Shown here: positions 15,636 through 23,586 of the stretch, in pieces | Layout: every line of letters starts with the position of its first letter | Position numbering within the stretch: position 1 is the first letter of the stretch | Source: a virus | Lineage: Duplodnaviria > Caudoviricetes | Length of the DNA: 28,920 bases | Virus record (IMG/VR): IMGVR_UViG_3300010361_000031 | Span: 1-28,920 of that record | Direction: 5' to 3' (one strand) | Made by a program: the position numbers and the translations under genes | The notes under the pieces: generated by a model | What the model saw: the letters and a program-made list of their open reading frames with translations, nothing else | Database searches by the model: none | What the model was told of the DNA's origin: nothing

Positions 15636-15652
15636 ACCGCAAAGGAGACCTC

Positions 15653-16864
15653 ATGATGTCCATCACGAAACCCTCGCTCAAGACAGCGAAAGCCAGGGCG
15701 CGACTGCCGGTGCAAGGGCGGCCGCATTACGTCGTCGTCGGCCCGAACGTCTTCCTCGGCTATCGCAGAACGTCGAACGGCCGCGGCTCATGGAGCGTCC
15801 GCGTCACTGTGGGCCGAACTTACCGCCTCAAGAAGCTGGCCTTTGCGGACGATCTGGACGCGGCTTCGCCACCGAAAGTCCTGGACTACTGGATGGCCGC
15901 CGAAGCGGCTCGCGTCTATGGGCGAACCGAGATTGCGGAGCCCAGAACAATCACCGATGCGATCGAGCGCTACAAGCTCGATCTGGAGCGCCGTGGCGGC
16001 GATGCGTACAACGCCCAGCGGGCGCTCTATCACCTGACGCCGGCGCTCGCCGAGAAGCTGGTCGACGGCCTGACCGTGGACGATCTGGCGAAATGGCGCG
16101 ACAGCTTGACGGCGAAGGGGCTGAAGCCATCGACCGTCAACAGAACTGTCTCGTGCCTGCGCGCCGCCTTGGAGCTGGCCGCTGAAAGCGATCCGCGGAT
16201 TCGCAACGCCCATGTCTTCAAGACGGGATTGAAGGGCGTCGCCGACGCGCAGGCGGTGCGGAACGTCATCCTCGATGACGACATGGTCCACACCTTCGTT
16301 GCCGCGAGCTACGCTAGAAGCCACGCGCTCGGCGTTCTCGCCGATGTCATGGCGGTGACGGGCGCTCGCCCGGGCCAGCTCGCCCGCTTGCAGATCGCCG
16401 ATCTGAGAGACGGGCAAGCACCGAAACTGATGATGCCTCGATCAGCGAAAGGCGGCAGCGAAAAGCGGGCGGCGAGGAAGCTGGAGAGATATTCGGTGCC
16501 GATCACGCGAGCGCTCGCGGCGATGCTGCGCGATGAAGTCTTCGGCCGCAACGATCATGATGCCCCGCTCCTTCGGCAGGCTGACGGCTCGCCCTGGGGC
16601 GACAAACCGCACCGCTTCTATCAACGAGATATTATCGCCGTCGTAGCCTCGATTGGCCTCGATCGCAGCACGACGTTGTACGCATTGCGGCACTCGGCGA
16701 TTGTCAGAATGCTTTTGCGCAACGTTCCGATCAGGCTTGTTGCGGCGTTGCATGATACGAGCGTTCAGCAGATCGAAAAAAATTATTCCCGCTTCATCAG
16801 CGAGCACGTCGACGAGATCGCGCGAGCCGCTCTGCTGGAGCCTGCGACGCCGTGTCGCCAGTAA
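15653..16864 (+). CDS. int: Tyrosine recombinase/phage integrase
   Basis: Arm-binding-type N-terminus (LGYRR..GSWSVR), STVNR, TGARPGQL, YALRHS, HDTS..IEKNY. Confidence 0.93.
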   Translation: MMSITKPSLKTAKARARLPVQGRPHYVVVGPNVFLGYRRTSNGRGSWSVRVTVGRTYRLKKLAFADDLDAASPPKVLDYWMAAEAARVYGRTEIAEPRTITDAIERYKLDLERRGGDAYNAQRALYHLTPALAEKLVDGLTVDDLAKWRDSLTAKGLKPSTVNRTVSCLRAALELAAESDPRIRNAHVFKTGLKGVADAQAVRNVILDDDMVHTFVAASYARSHALGVLADVMAVTGARPGQLARLQIADLRDGQAPKLMMPRSAKGGSEKRAARKLERYSVPITRALAAMLRDEVFGRNDHDAPLLRQADGSPWGDKPHRFYQRDIIAVVASIGLDRSTTLYALRHSAIVRMLLRNVPIRLVAALHDTSVQQIEKNYSRFISEHVDEIARAALLEPATPCRQ

Positions 16865-16937
16865 ACGAAGGAATACACACGAATGGCATATCAGGCTACG
16901 GGTGACGCGGCGCGTTCGATGACACTAATATTCCGCC

Positions 16938-17201
16938 ATGCGCCGAACATCGAAACCGCCTCCCGTTCCACTCGAACCGGATCAGGACCTCACCGAGGAG
17001 CAGTTCTGCTTCAAGCACAACATGAGCGCGAGGCATCTGCAACGACTGAAAGAGCAGGGCCGTGGGCCGCGCATGATGCTGGTCGGCAACAAGGCCACTC
17101 GCATAACGCCCGAAGCTGATCGCGATTGGGTTAAGGAGCGCGAGGCCGAGCGCGCGGCGCAAGTCGAAGAAAGACTCGCAAAGCGACAAGCAGCCGAATA
17201 A
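16938..17201 (+). CDS. AlpA/excisionase-like protein
   Basis: LTEEQFCFKHNMS...GRGPRMMLVG..RITPEADRDW, directly after int. Confidence 0.75.
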   Translation: MRRTSKPPPVPLEPDQDLTEEQFCFKHNMSARHLQRLKEQGRGPRMMLVGNKATRITPEADRDWVKEREAERAAQVEERLAKRQAAE

Positions 17202-17320
17202 CACCCGTCGCCTTTCCTTTTGTCGCTTCGTTCCCGGCCATCCATGCCGTTGACAACCCCCCGTTGCCGGGCTTAGTGTCCTAGATTCCGGGCTGTGGGG
17301 GCCAGGGAAGAGGGCAGGAA

Positions 17321-17731
17321 ATGCGAACCGAAGTGAGCGCGCAAATTGGCGCGCGGATCAAGGCTCGTCGCGTCGAAATGCGAATGAGCCAACGCGAGCT
17401 GGGCGTCCATCTCGGCGTTACGTTTCAGCAAATCCAGAAATACGAAAACGGCAAGGACCGGATTCCCGCGGAAAGGCTGATGCTGGTCGCCGAGGCGCTG
17501 CGAACGGACGTGCGTTATTTTTTCGGCATCGACGATCGGCGCACCAAGGGACGAATTTCCGAAGAGCTTTTGAAGGCATTGGGGAAGCTCGGCGCGAGCC
17601 AGGAGCTGCTTTCGATCGTCGGCTCCTTCGGCGATACGCTCGACGATGCGGACATGCTCACTCATCTGACGGAATACAACGCCAATGGCAAGGTGATGAT
17701 CCCTGCCTTCATCGCCGGCCGGCGTCAATGA
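17321..17731 (+). CDS. XRE-family HTH transcriptional regulator
   Basis: IGARIKARR..MSQRELG..LGVTFQQIQKYENGKDRI. Confidence 0.88.
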   Translation: MRTEVSAQIGARIKARRVEMRMSQRELGVHLGVTFQQIQKYENGKDRIPAERLMLVAEALRTDVRYFFGIDDRRTKGRISEELLKALGKLGASQELLSIVGSFGDTLDDADMLTHLTEYNANGKVMIPAFIAGRRQ

Positions 17732-18081
17732 AGGGCGTCATGATCATATTCCAGCCGACGCGCGGCGACGACGAGCCTCCCGAAGAGGTCATCGAACTGA
17801 CCGCGCCGCCGCCGCTGGAGGATTTGCAGCAACGTATCGGCGGCTATATCCAGCCGGTCCCGCACCTCAAGACGATCGAAGTCTGCGGCGGGGTTTACCA
17901 GTGCGTCGCCTTCTGCAACGAGGAAGGCAAGTTCAAGCAGATGCCTTTCAATCGCCGAGCGACTGAGCTTTGGAGACTCGCCATTGAGCGCGAGACCGAG
18001 CACGAAGTCCACATGCGCGACATTCTGGTCGGCCCGCTCGTCGTCATTGTCGGCGACGATGAACTGCTTGGGAATCTCTAG
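17728..18081 (+). CDS. DUF3846-like phage protein
   Basis: LEDLQQRIGGYIQ, CNEEGK..MPFNRRAT, DILVGPLVV. Confidence 0.75.
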   Translation: MKGVMIIFQPTRGDDEPPEEVIELTAPPPLEDLQQRIGGYIQPVPHLKTIEVCGGVYQCVAFCNEEGKFKQMPFNRRATELWRLAIERETEHEVHMRDILVGPLVVIVGDDELLGNL

Positions 18082-18083
18082 CC

Positions 18084-18725
18084 GTGAAACCGCGCCAGAT
18101 CATCGGCGACATGGAAATCATAGGAGAGCCTTCGCCTGACTTTCTGCGGGCGCTCGCAGTGATCTCGCTCGGCCTAGATCGCGAGCTGGCGCGTGACTTC
18201 CGCAGCTACAAGACGCATTGCGTCCTTCGCGCCCTGACGGTGCGCGACTTCCTTCGCGGCGTCGGCATTCAGGCTCGCGTCGAGCCCGTCTCGGTCATGA
18301 TGCGAGCCGAGGACGGCGATGGTCGAATTCTGCACAACCTTACGATCGGTCGTCCCGGCGATCGCGATTTGCCCGGCGCCTGGAATGGTCATCTTGTCGT
18401 CGTCGCCGGCCATTGGCTGATCGATCCGACGCTGGCGCCGGTCAAGCGTCCGGCCTGGGCCCATCTGCGGGGGATGCTAGCCAAGCCGCTTGGCGGCGAG
18501 CACGGCGACCTTGCGCGGCTCGTCATCTATCGTGACAATTATCTTTTCGGCGCTCTGTGGCGACGCAATCCGAAAAATACCCGCTGGCGCAAGGGTCCTG
18601 ATGCGCGACCAGAGCGGCGCGCGGGTGCCGTCAGCCGGCTCGTCCTGTGTCATAGAATTACGCCAGAACGCTTTGCTTATACCGTCGCCGAAAAAGCAGG
18701 GGAGGCTTTCCGCATCGGCGTCTAG
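18084..18725 (+). CDS. Hypothetical protein, possibly papain/transglutaminase-like (C...H...D)
   Basis: THCVL ... WNGHLVV ... LIDPT spacing; fold is inference only. Confidence 0.55.
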   Translation: MKPRQIIGDMEIIGEPSPDFLRALAVISLGLDRELARDFRSYKTHCVLRALTVRDFLRGVGIQARVEPVSVMMRAEDGDGRILHNLTIGRPGDRDLPGAWNGHLVVVAGHWLIDPTLAPVKRPAWAHLRGMLAKPLGGEHGDLARLVIYRDNYLFGALWRRNPKNTRWRKGPDARPERRAGAVSRLVLCHRITPERFAYTVAEKAGEAFRIGV

Positions 18726-18735
18726 GAGGCCCCAT

Positions 18736-19413
18736 ATGAATCAGATCAACGCGAGTATTCGCGATGTCCCATTGCCGGCAGCCATGAGCAGGCTGAAGAT
18801 TTCAGACAAAGGCTATCCTGTCCCGTGGTTCGCTCTCTGGATGGACGACGAGGGCAAGCCCGCTGAATATGGGCGAGGCGTCCCCGATCTCCGCGTGGTC
18901 GATACACGCAAGGTCGCGCTCGCGGTCAAAAATCGGCTGTGCTGGGTTTGCGGCGGCATGCTGGGACGGCACTTGGCCTTCGTCATCGGCCCGATGTGCG
19001 GGATTACCCGCGTCTCGTCTGAACCGCCATCGCATCGCGCCTGCGCCGAGTACGCGACGCGCGCCTGCCCGTTTCTCGTCCGGCCCCGCATGGTGCGCAA
19101 CGACAAGGTGCCGAAGCCGGCCGGGACTTTCGTCGTCGAAGGCCATCACGATCACAACCCCGGAATGGCGCTTATCTGGATGACGCAAAACTTTTCGACA
19201 TTACGCAAAGGCGGTGACGGGTCATTGTTTCGGCTCGGTCGCGCCGACGAGATCGAATGGTTTCGCGAGGGCAGATCGGCGACGCGCCAGGAAGCCACGC
19301 GCGCAATGGACGACGGCATGCTGCTCTTGTTCAAAGAGCACACGAGAGACGACGAGCGCGAACAGCTGCGACGCGGCTATGAACGGCTGATAAGCAAGGT
19401 CCCATTGCTATGA
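18736..19413 (+). CDS. Cys-rich hypothetical phage protein
   Basis: AGGAGG RBS, ATG 18736; GYPVPWF, CWVCG, GPMC, EPPSHRAC, CPFL. Confidence 0.7.
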   Translation: MNQINASIRDVPLPAAMSRLKISDKGYPVPWFALWMDDEGKPAEYGRGVPDLRVVDTRKVALAVKNRLCWVCGGMLGRHLAFVIGPMCGITRVSSEPPSHRACAEYATRACPFLVRPRMVRNDKVPKPAGTFVVEGHHDHNPGMALIWMTQNFSTLRKGGDGSLFRLGRADEIEWFREGRSATRQEATRAMDDGMLLLFKEHTRDDEREQLRRGYERLISKVPLL

Positions 19414-19943
19414 GACAATGCGGCGGCTGCACTCTGTGCTGCAAACTGATCGGCATCGACGAGCTGAACAAGGCGCACGGCGAGCGCTGCAAGCATCAGC
19501 GCAGCGGCAAGGGTTGCGCGGTCTATCCCCGCCGGCCGATCAGTTGCCGACTGTGGAACTGTCGCTGGCTTGCCGAGGACGATACGGCTGGTCTACGGCG
19601 CCCAGATCGCGTTCACTACGTGATCGATGTTATGCCGGACTACGTCACTCAGGAGAGGACGACCGGCGAGCGCGTCGCGATTGAGGTGGTCCAGATTTGG
19701 GTAGACAAGGATTTTCCGCTCGCCTACCGCGATCCTGATCTCATGAGATTCATCGAGCGGCGCGCGGCCGAAGGCAGGGCTGCGATCATTCGCTTTGCCG
19801 GCACTAACGACGCGATTGTTCTGGCTGCACCCGCGATGTCGGATAACGGGAAATGGAACGAGGTTAAGTCGCAACACGACGCTAATCGCGAGTACGACCT
19901 CCTCAATGTCGCCGCGGTGCTTTCTGGAGTCGTGCCGCCATGA
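19410..19943 (+). CDS. YkgJ-like CxxCxxCC cysteine-cluster protein
   Basis: CGGCTLCC...CKH...CAVY..RPISCRLWNC. Confidence 0.78.
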   Translation: MRQCGGCTLCCKLIGIDELNKAHGERCKHQRSGKGCAVYPRRPISCRLWNCRWLAEDDTAGLRRPDRVHYVIDVMPDYVTQERTTGERVAIEVVQIWVDKDFPLAYRDPDLMRFIERRAAEGRAAIIRFAGTNDAIVLAAPAMSDNGKWNEVKSQHDANREYDLLNVAAVLSGVVPP

Positions 19944-20260
19944 CAGTCGTAATGCGAGTGTGGCGAGCAGCCGGGATGGCCTCGCCGAGGTCTCTTGACG
20001 ACAAGGCTGACATGATCGCCGACGTTGTGCGCAGCGGCGGCGCGCTCGGCGAATATATCTGTGACTGCGATGTCGACGCGCTTGGTGGCTTTGGGCTGAT
20101 CACATTCACGCATGACCGCAATAACGCAAAACGCTTCAAGGATCAGGCCGCAGCTTTCGAATTCTGGCGACGCCAAAGCAGAGTGAAACCGCTTCGACCG
20201 GACGGGAAGCCGAATCGCCCGCTGACGGCGTACAACGTAACGTTCGAGGAGCTTCGATGA
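19940..20260 (+). CDS. Hypothetical phage protein
   Basis: ATGA-coupled; RPDGKPNRPLTAY C-terminal motif. Confidence 0.65.
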   Translation: MTVVMRVWRAAGMASPRSLDDKADMIADVVRSGGALGEYICDCDVDALGGFGLITFTHDRNNAKRFKDQAAAFEFWRRQSRVKPLRPDGKPNRPLTAYNVTFEELR

Positions 20261-20475
20261 ATCAAGTGAAAAAGACGATTCCGTTCCGCTACGAGATCGG
20301 CGGCTATGGCGGCGACTTCTCCAATTGGGAAATGCAAGGCAGCATTTCTGGAGAGCCAGGAGGCTTTTCCGATCTTGTTGTCGCAGCTCTTCGCGACGCG
20401 ATGGAAAAGCTCGCCGCGAAGGAGTGCAGAGGCCCGCACAGGATCACTCGCCTGCTCATAGAGGAAGCACGATGA
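20257..20475 (+). CDS. Hypothetical protein
   Basis: GAGGAG RBS, ATGA-coupled. Confidence 0.55.
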   Translation: MNQVKKTIPFRYEIGGYGGDFSNWEMQGSISGEPGGFSDLVVAALRDAMEKLAAKECRGPHRITRLLIEEAR

Positions 20476-20633
20476 TGAAGGGGGTTGCGATGACAATTTT
20501 CGGAGTTGCTGCGATTGCGCTGGCTGCGGTTTATTTGGGTTGGGGCGTATGGAGTTTTCCGAACAGCGATTCGCTGCTGGTCGCTTCGGGGTTAAATCTG
20601 GTTGCGGGGGCGATCTTCATGCACGGGAGCTAA
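20472..20633 (+). CDS. Small membrane protein
   Basis: ATGA-coupled; two hydrophobic segments. Confidence 0.5.
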   Translation: MMKGVAMTIFGVAAIALAAVYLGWGVWSFPNSDSLLVASGLNLVAGAIFMHGS

Positions 20634-20635
20634 CG

Positions 20636-20884
20636 ATGGTTTTCATGAGCAACAGGACGCAAGCGACCTGGACGGGCGTCGCGATGGAAGCGAGCGCGAT
20701 CAGCATCAAGCGATGCCCACACTGCAAAACGCTGATCGTCGTCTTGGAGGCGCTGGACGGCAAGGTGTTCGCGCAGGCCCACGTCGACAGCGATGCTCTG
20801 ACCGACATGCTCGAAACTCTCGCCGAGCTGTTGGATCAGCAAGACATGGAAGAGCAAGTGCGCGACGCGCTGTCGCTGTCATGA
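20636..20884 (+). CDS. Small CPHC-motif protein, paralog of 11111-11317
   Basis: EASAISIKRCPHCKTLIVVLEALDGKVFAQAHVD. Confidence 0.7.
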   Translation: MVFMSNRTQATWTGVAMEASAISIKRCPHCKTLIVVLEALDGKVFAQAHVDSDALTDMLETLAELLDQQDMEEQVRDALSLS

Positions 20885-21039
20885 GCCGCGACGAACTCAA
20901 ATGGCTCGCGATAGCGGCGACCGCGTTTCTCATTTGGATCGGCACCCTGTTGTTGCTCGTCAAGCACAATGAATTGCCATCTTCGACCTATTCCGCGGTC
21001 AGGCCATATCCGCTGTATCCTGCGCCGCGCGGGCAATGA
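20881..21039 (+). CDS. Small single-TM protein
   Basis: ATGA-coupled; WLAIAATAFLIWIGTLLLLV. Confidence 0.5.
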   Translation: MSRDELKWLAIAATAFLIWIGTLLLLVKHNELPSSTYSAVRPYPLYPAPRGQ

Positions 21040-21272
21040 GTCGCTGGTCGTATCACCGCGAGACCGCAGCGAACATCGCGACATGGTCGGCGGCGAAAAT
21101 TGCCCGAGCCATCGATCGCGGATTGATTGAGCAATGGCCGTTCGAGCTGACGCGCGCCGGCCGGCTGTTCAGATCATGGGAACAACTCAATGACCGAAAA
21201 ACCGATCATGCGCCGCCTGTGGCGCGACGATCCGGCGACGCCCGAAGGAAAGTATCTGGTCAAGCGCCGTGA
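21036..21272 (+). CDS. Hypothetical protein
   Basis: ATGA-coupled, but overlaps the next gene by about 80 nt. Confidence 0.4.
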   Translation: MSRWSYHRETAANIATWSAAKIARAIDRGLIEQWPFELTRAGRLFRSWEQLNDRKTDHAPPVARRSGDARRKVSGQAP

Positions 21273-21525
21273 CGGCAGCATTCCCGAGTGGCCGCACTTC
21301 ACGCTGGGCGCGGCCGACCCGTGCACGCCCTGGGCGCTGCGGGCCTACGCGATCGCCGCGGTCTTTCATGGTCTGACCTGGGGCTATGCCGGGGCGGTGT
21401 GGCGGCTGGCGGCAGAATTTCGCATGTGGCGCGAGGATCACACCACGGGCGATCCTGATCGCGGCCGGCACCGCAAAGACGATCCGGCGATCGTTGCCGA
21501 AATGCGAAAGGGCAAATCGACATGA
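21190..21525 (+). CDS. Hypothetical phage protein
   Basis: GKYLVKRRDGSIP..FTLGAADP...ALRAYA...GDPD motifs. Confidence 0.65.
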   Translation: MTEKPIMRRLWRDDPATPEGKYLVKRRDGSIPEWPHFTLGAADPCTPWALRAYAIAAVFHGLTWGYAGAVWRLAAEFRMWREDHTTGDPDRGRHRKDDPAIVAEMRKGKST

Positions 21526-21716
21526 AAGAGACTCCCGAAAATAGGGCCAAGCGAGAGCAGCGCATGATCAGGTGTTATACGGTGCACGGGCTAAGCATGA
21601 ACGAAGTGGCAAAACGCTTCGGTGTATCGCCGCGCGAAGTCGGCGACCTGCTTCATCGAGCGTGCCCTGATCAGATACGTCCGGTCACCACGCCGAGGGT
21701 GTCGCAATGGCGATGA
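21522..21716 (+). CDS. Small HTH protein
   Basis: GLSMNEVAKRFGVSPREVGDLL. Confidence 0.6.
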   Translation: MKETPENRAKREQRMIRCYTVHGLSMNEVAKRFGVSPREVGDLLHRACPDQIRPVTTPRVSQWR

Positions 21717-21913
21717 AAGCGCAGCTCAAGTTCCGTAAAGGCTTCAATCCGCTGCTGATCCAGTGGGGGGCGCCCAACCAGCGCCGCACCGAAGTCTGTA
21801 GCTATTGCGAAGCCCAAATGGATGACGACGAGGTTCCGCTCATGATGTGGAACTCGGCCGGTTGGTGCGCCGAGTTTTGCGAGAGCTGCCAGAAGAAGTG
21901 GCTTACTACATAG
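21713..21913 (+). CDS. Small Zn-finger protein
   Basis: CSYC and CESC pairs; ATGA coupling. Confidence 0.55.
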   Translation: MKAQLKFRKGFNPLLIQWGAPNQRRTEVCSYCEAQMDDDEVPLMMWNSAGWCAEFCESCQKKWLTT

Positions 21914-22055
21914 CAAGACGGGCGCGACCGGAGCCGCGCCCGCTGGCGAATCGACGGAAAAGGAGACCAAGCCGAAACCGTCGATTAAAGGAAAAGGAAA
22001 TGCCCGCCGCGGTTATATGACTCGCTCGCGGAGACTGCAAGGGGGACGGACGATT

Positions 22056-22307
22056 ATGAATGAACGACGACAGGTGACGGCGCAAATTGTTCGCCAGGAG
22101 CAGCTCGTCCGAGTCATCAAGCCGATCCTCGCGCGCAACCCGCAGGGAGTCCAAGGCACCGCGCTCATGGAGCTGTTGGCGTTGTTTATCGCCGGGCACC
22201 ATCCTTCGCTGCGCGAAGTCGCATTGAACACGCACATAGAGGTGGTTCGACAGATGGTGCCGATTTGCGAGGCTGAACTTTTCCCGCACGGCAAACCCTG
22301 GGATTGA
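22056..22307 (+). CDS. Hypothetical protein
   Basis: AGGGGGA RBS, ATG 22056; helical amphipathic sequence. Confidence 0.55.
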   Translation: MNERRQVTAQIVRQEQLVRVIKPILARNPQGVQGTALMELLALFIAGHHPSLREVALNTHIEVVRQMVPICEAELFPHGKPWD

Positions 22308-22481
22308 AACGAGAGCGCGGTGCCGGCTTTGTCCGCCAACCGACACCGCGTCCCGGCTCGCAACTCTGCCCGGAAGAGGGGGCTGGGGAGGGCAGAAGTT
22401 TGCGCGAGGAAGCTAGCACAAAAAAATTGGCCCGGCAAAGCCGAGCCCAAATCACAGCGGCAAGTTCCGCTTTGCCGTTTC

Positions 22482-22688
22482 TTATCCGTGACGCTGATGA
22501 TGATCGCTGCGGCTGTAGCCAAGCAGCCCCACCGAAACGCCGACAAATCCGATATAGAGAAAGTGTCGAACCAGTCGGGCGATAAGTACGTCGTCGATGT
22601 CCCCGCCTCGGCCTTCCCTGCTCTCAATACGTTCGCACAGCTCGACGATCTGCTTGCGCGTCAAGGTTACGGGCTCGTCCCTTGTCAT
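22482..22688 (-). CDS. Hypothetical protein (68 aa)
   Basis: AAAGGAGACC RBS at 22697-22706 (- strand). Confidence 0.5.
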   Translation of the reverse strand: MTRDEPVTLTRKQIVELCERIESREGRGGDIDDVLIARLVRHFLYIGFVGVSVGLLGYSRSDHHQRHG

Positions 22689-22714
22689 GATGCTTTGGTC
22701 TCCTTTGCGCCCCC

Positions 22715-22758
22715 AAAAAAAACGGGGGGGGTCGAGCAGCGTGAACTCAGACCCCCCT
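22715..22758 (-). terminator. Intrinsic terminator
   Basis: GGGGGGTCTGAG-loop-CTCGACCCCCC stem followed by TTTTTTTT on the - strand. Confidence 0.7.
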
Positions 22759-22825
22759 AAGTTCGGAGCTTCGCGGAACGACCGGGAGGACAGTCGCTCC
22801 CCCGAGGCCCCCTTGGTGCGGACAA
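22715..22825 (-). ncRNA. Candidate ~110-nt sRNA with a UCCUCC(C) anti-SD loop
   Basis: Upstream promoter (22832-22860), 10-bp stem GGAGCGACUG-UCCUCC-CGGUCGUUCC with G-U pairs valid only on the - strand, then a terminator hairpin and U8. Confidence 0.55.
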
Positions 22826-22831
22826 CTGTGA

Positions 22832-22860
22832 CATTAGGACATAATGTCCCCTCTGTCGAG
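22832..22860 (-). promoter_or_regulatory. Promoter with a second copy of operator GGACATTATGTCC
   Basis: CTCGAC-N17-CTAATG on the - strand; palindrome at 22837-22849 in the same register as at 12592-12604. Confidence 0.55.
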
Positions 22861-22896
22861 CACTAAAAACGGCTCTGCGCTATCGCGTTGCGATGC

Positions 22897-23358
22897 TTAA
22901 GGAATCGGGACCGCTGGTCCGGTCGGCGAGATGGTGCCGCTGACTGCCTGACCGGCTACGACGGTCACGTCCAGGACGCAAATCACTTCCGTGACGCCCG
23001 CGCCGAGATCGGCGTCGGCGGCTGCGCTGATCTGCGCCGTCCCGAGATTCGTTCCGGGCACGATGGTTGCCCGACTGGTGTCGGTCTCGACCGTCACGTC
23101 CGCGATCGTCGTATCCGATGTGGACCATGCGACGGCGCCGTCGACCGCCGCGGGATTGCCCTTTGCATCGAGCCACTGAACCGCAACTTCAACCTGCTTG
23201 TCGATCGGCAACGTGTAGGCCATTTTGTCTTTCCCCGTCGTTGATGTGGTTGTGCTGGTGATTCTGATCCCGTCTATTGTCGTTGCGACGACGCAGCTCG
23301 GCGCCGCTGGCGTTTCAAATTCGATAGAGCCCGCAAGCTTGACATTGACAAGCATCAT
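22897..23358 (-). CDS. Ig-like (Big_2-type) domain protein; start may be ATG 23223
   Basis: DAKGNPA..VAWSTSDTTIADV..GTAQISA pattern. Confidence 0.65.
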   Translation of the reverse strand: MMLVNVKLAGSIEFETPAAPSCVVATTIDGIRITSTTTSTTGKDKMAYTLPIDKQVEVAVQWLDAKGNPAAVDGAVAWSTSDTTIADVTVETDTSRATIVPGTNLGTAQISAAADADLGAGVTEVICVLDVTVVAGQAVSGTISPTGPAVPIP

Positions 23359-23549
23359 CTAGGCCGTTGGAGATCGAGACATTGCTGCATGAGCGCAAGA
23401 ACGGTCTTGCGTTCCTCGGCATTGTCCGTCGTGACGCGGTGGGCGATGAAGGCGACGAAAAGCAGAAATAGGACATTGATCAGGACGAGCGCCAGCATTA
23501 CAGGCTGAGCCTTCAGGCTGTCAATTGCATTTGATACAATTTCTTTCAT
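23355..23549 (-). CDS. Single-TM membrane protein, holin-like position
   Basis: GGAG RBS; TM segment VMLALVLINVLFLLFVAFIA followed by a coiled tail; at the end of the tail operon. Confidence 0.55.
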   Translation of the reverse strand: MKEIVSNAIDSLKAQPVMLALVLINVLFLLFVAFIAHRVTTDNAEERKTVLALMQQCLDLQRPR

Positions 23550-23586
23550 GACGACTCCGATCAGATAAAGCAGCTCGACGAGCATT

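Noticed and set aside
15180-15650. tRNA gene or tRNA-derived att core near int
   Set aside because: No T-arm/CCA pattern recognised; no tRNA or rRNA seen anywhere in the window
22304-22760. + strand ORFs 22304-22585 and 22320-22760
   Set aside because: No RBS or recognisable motifs; they conflict with the - strand ORF that has a clear RBS and with the terminator/sRNA
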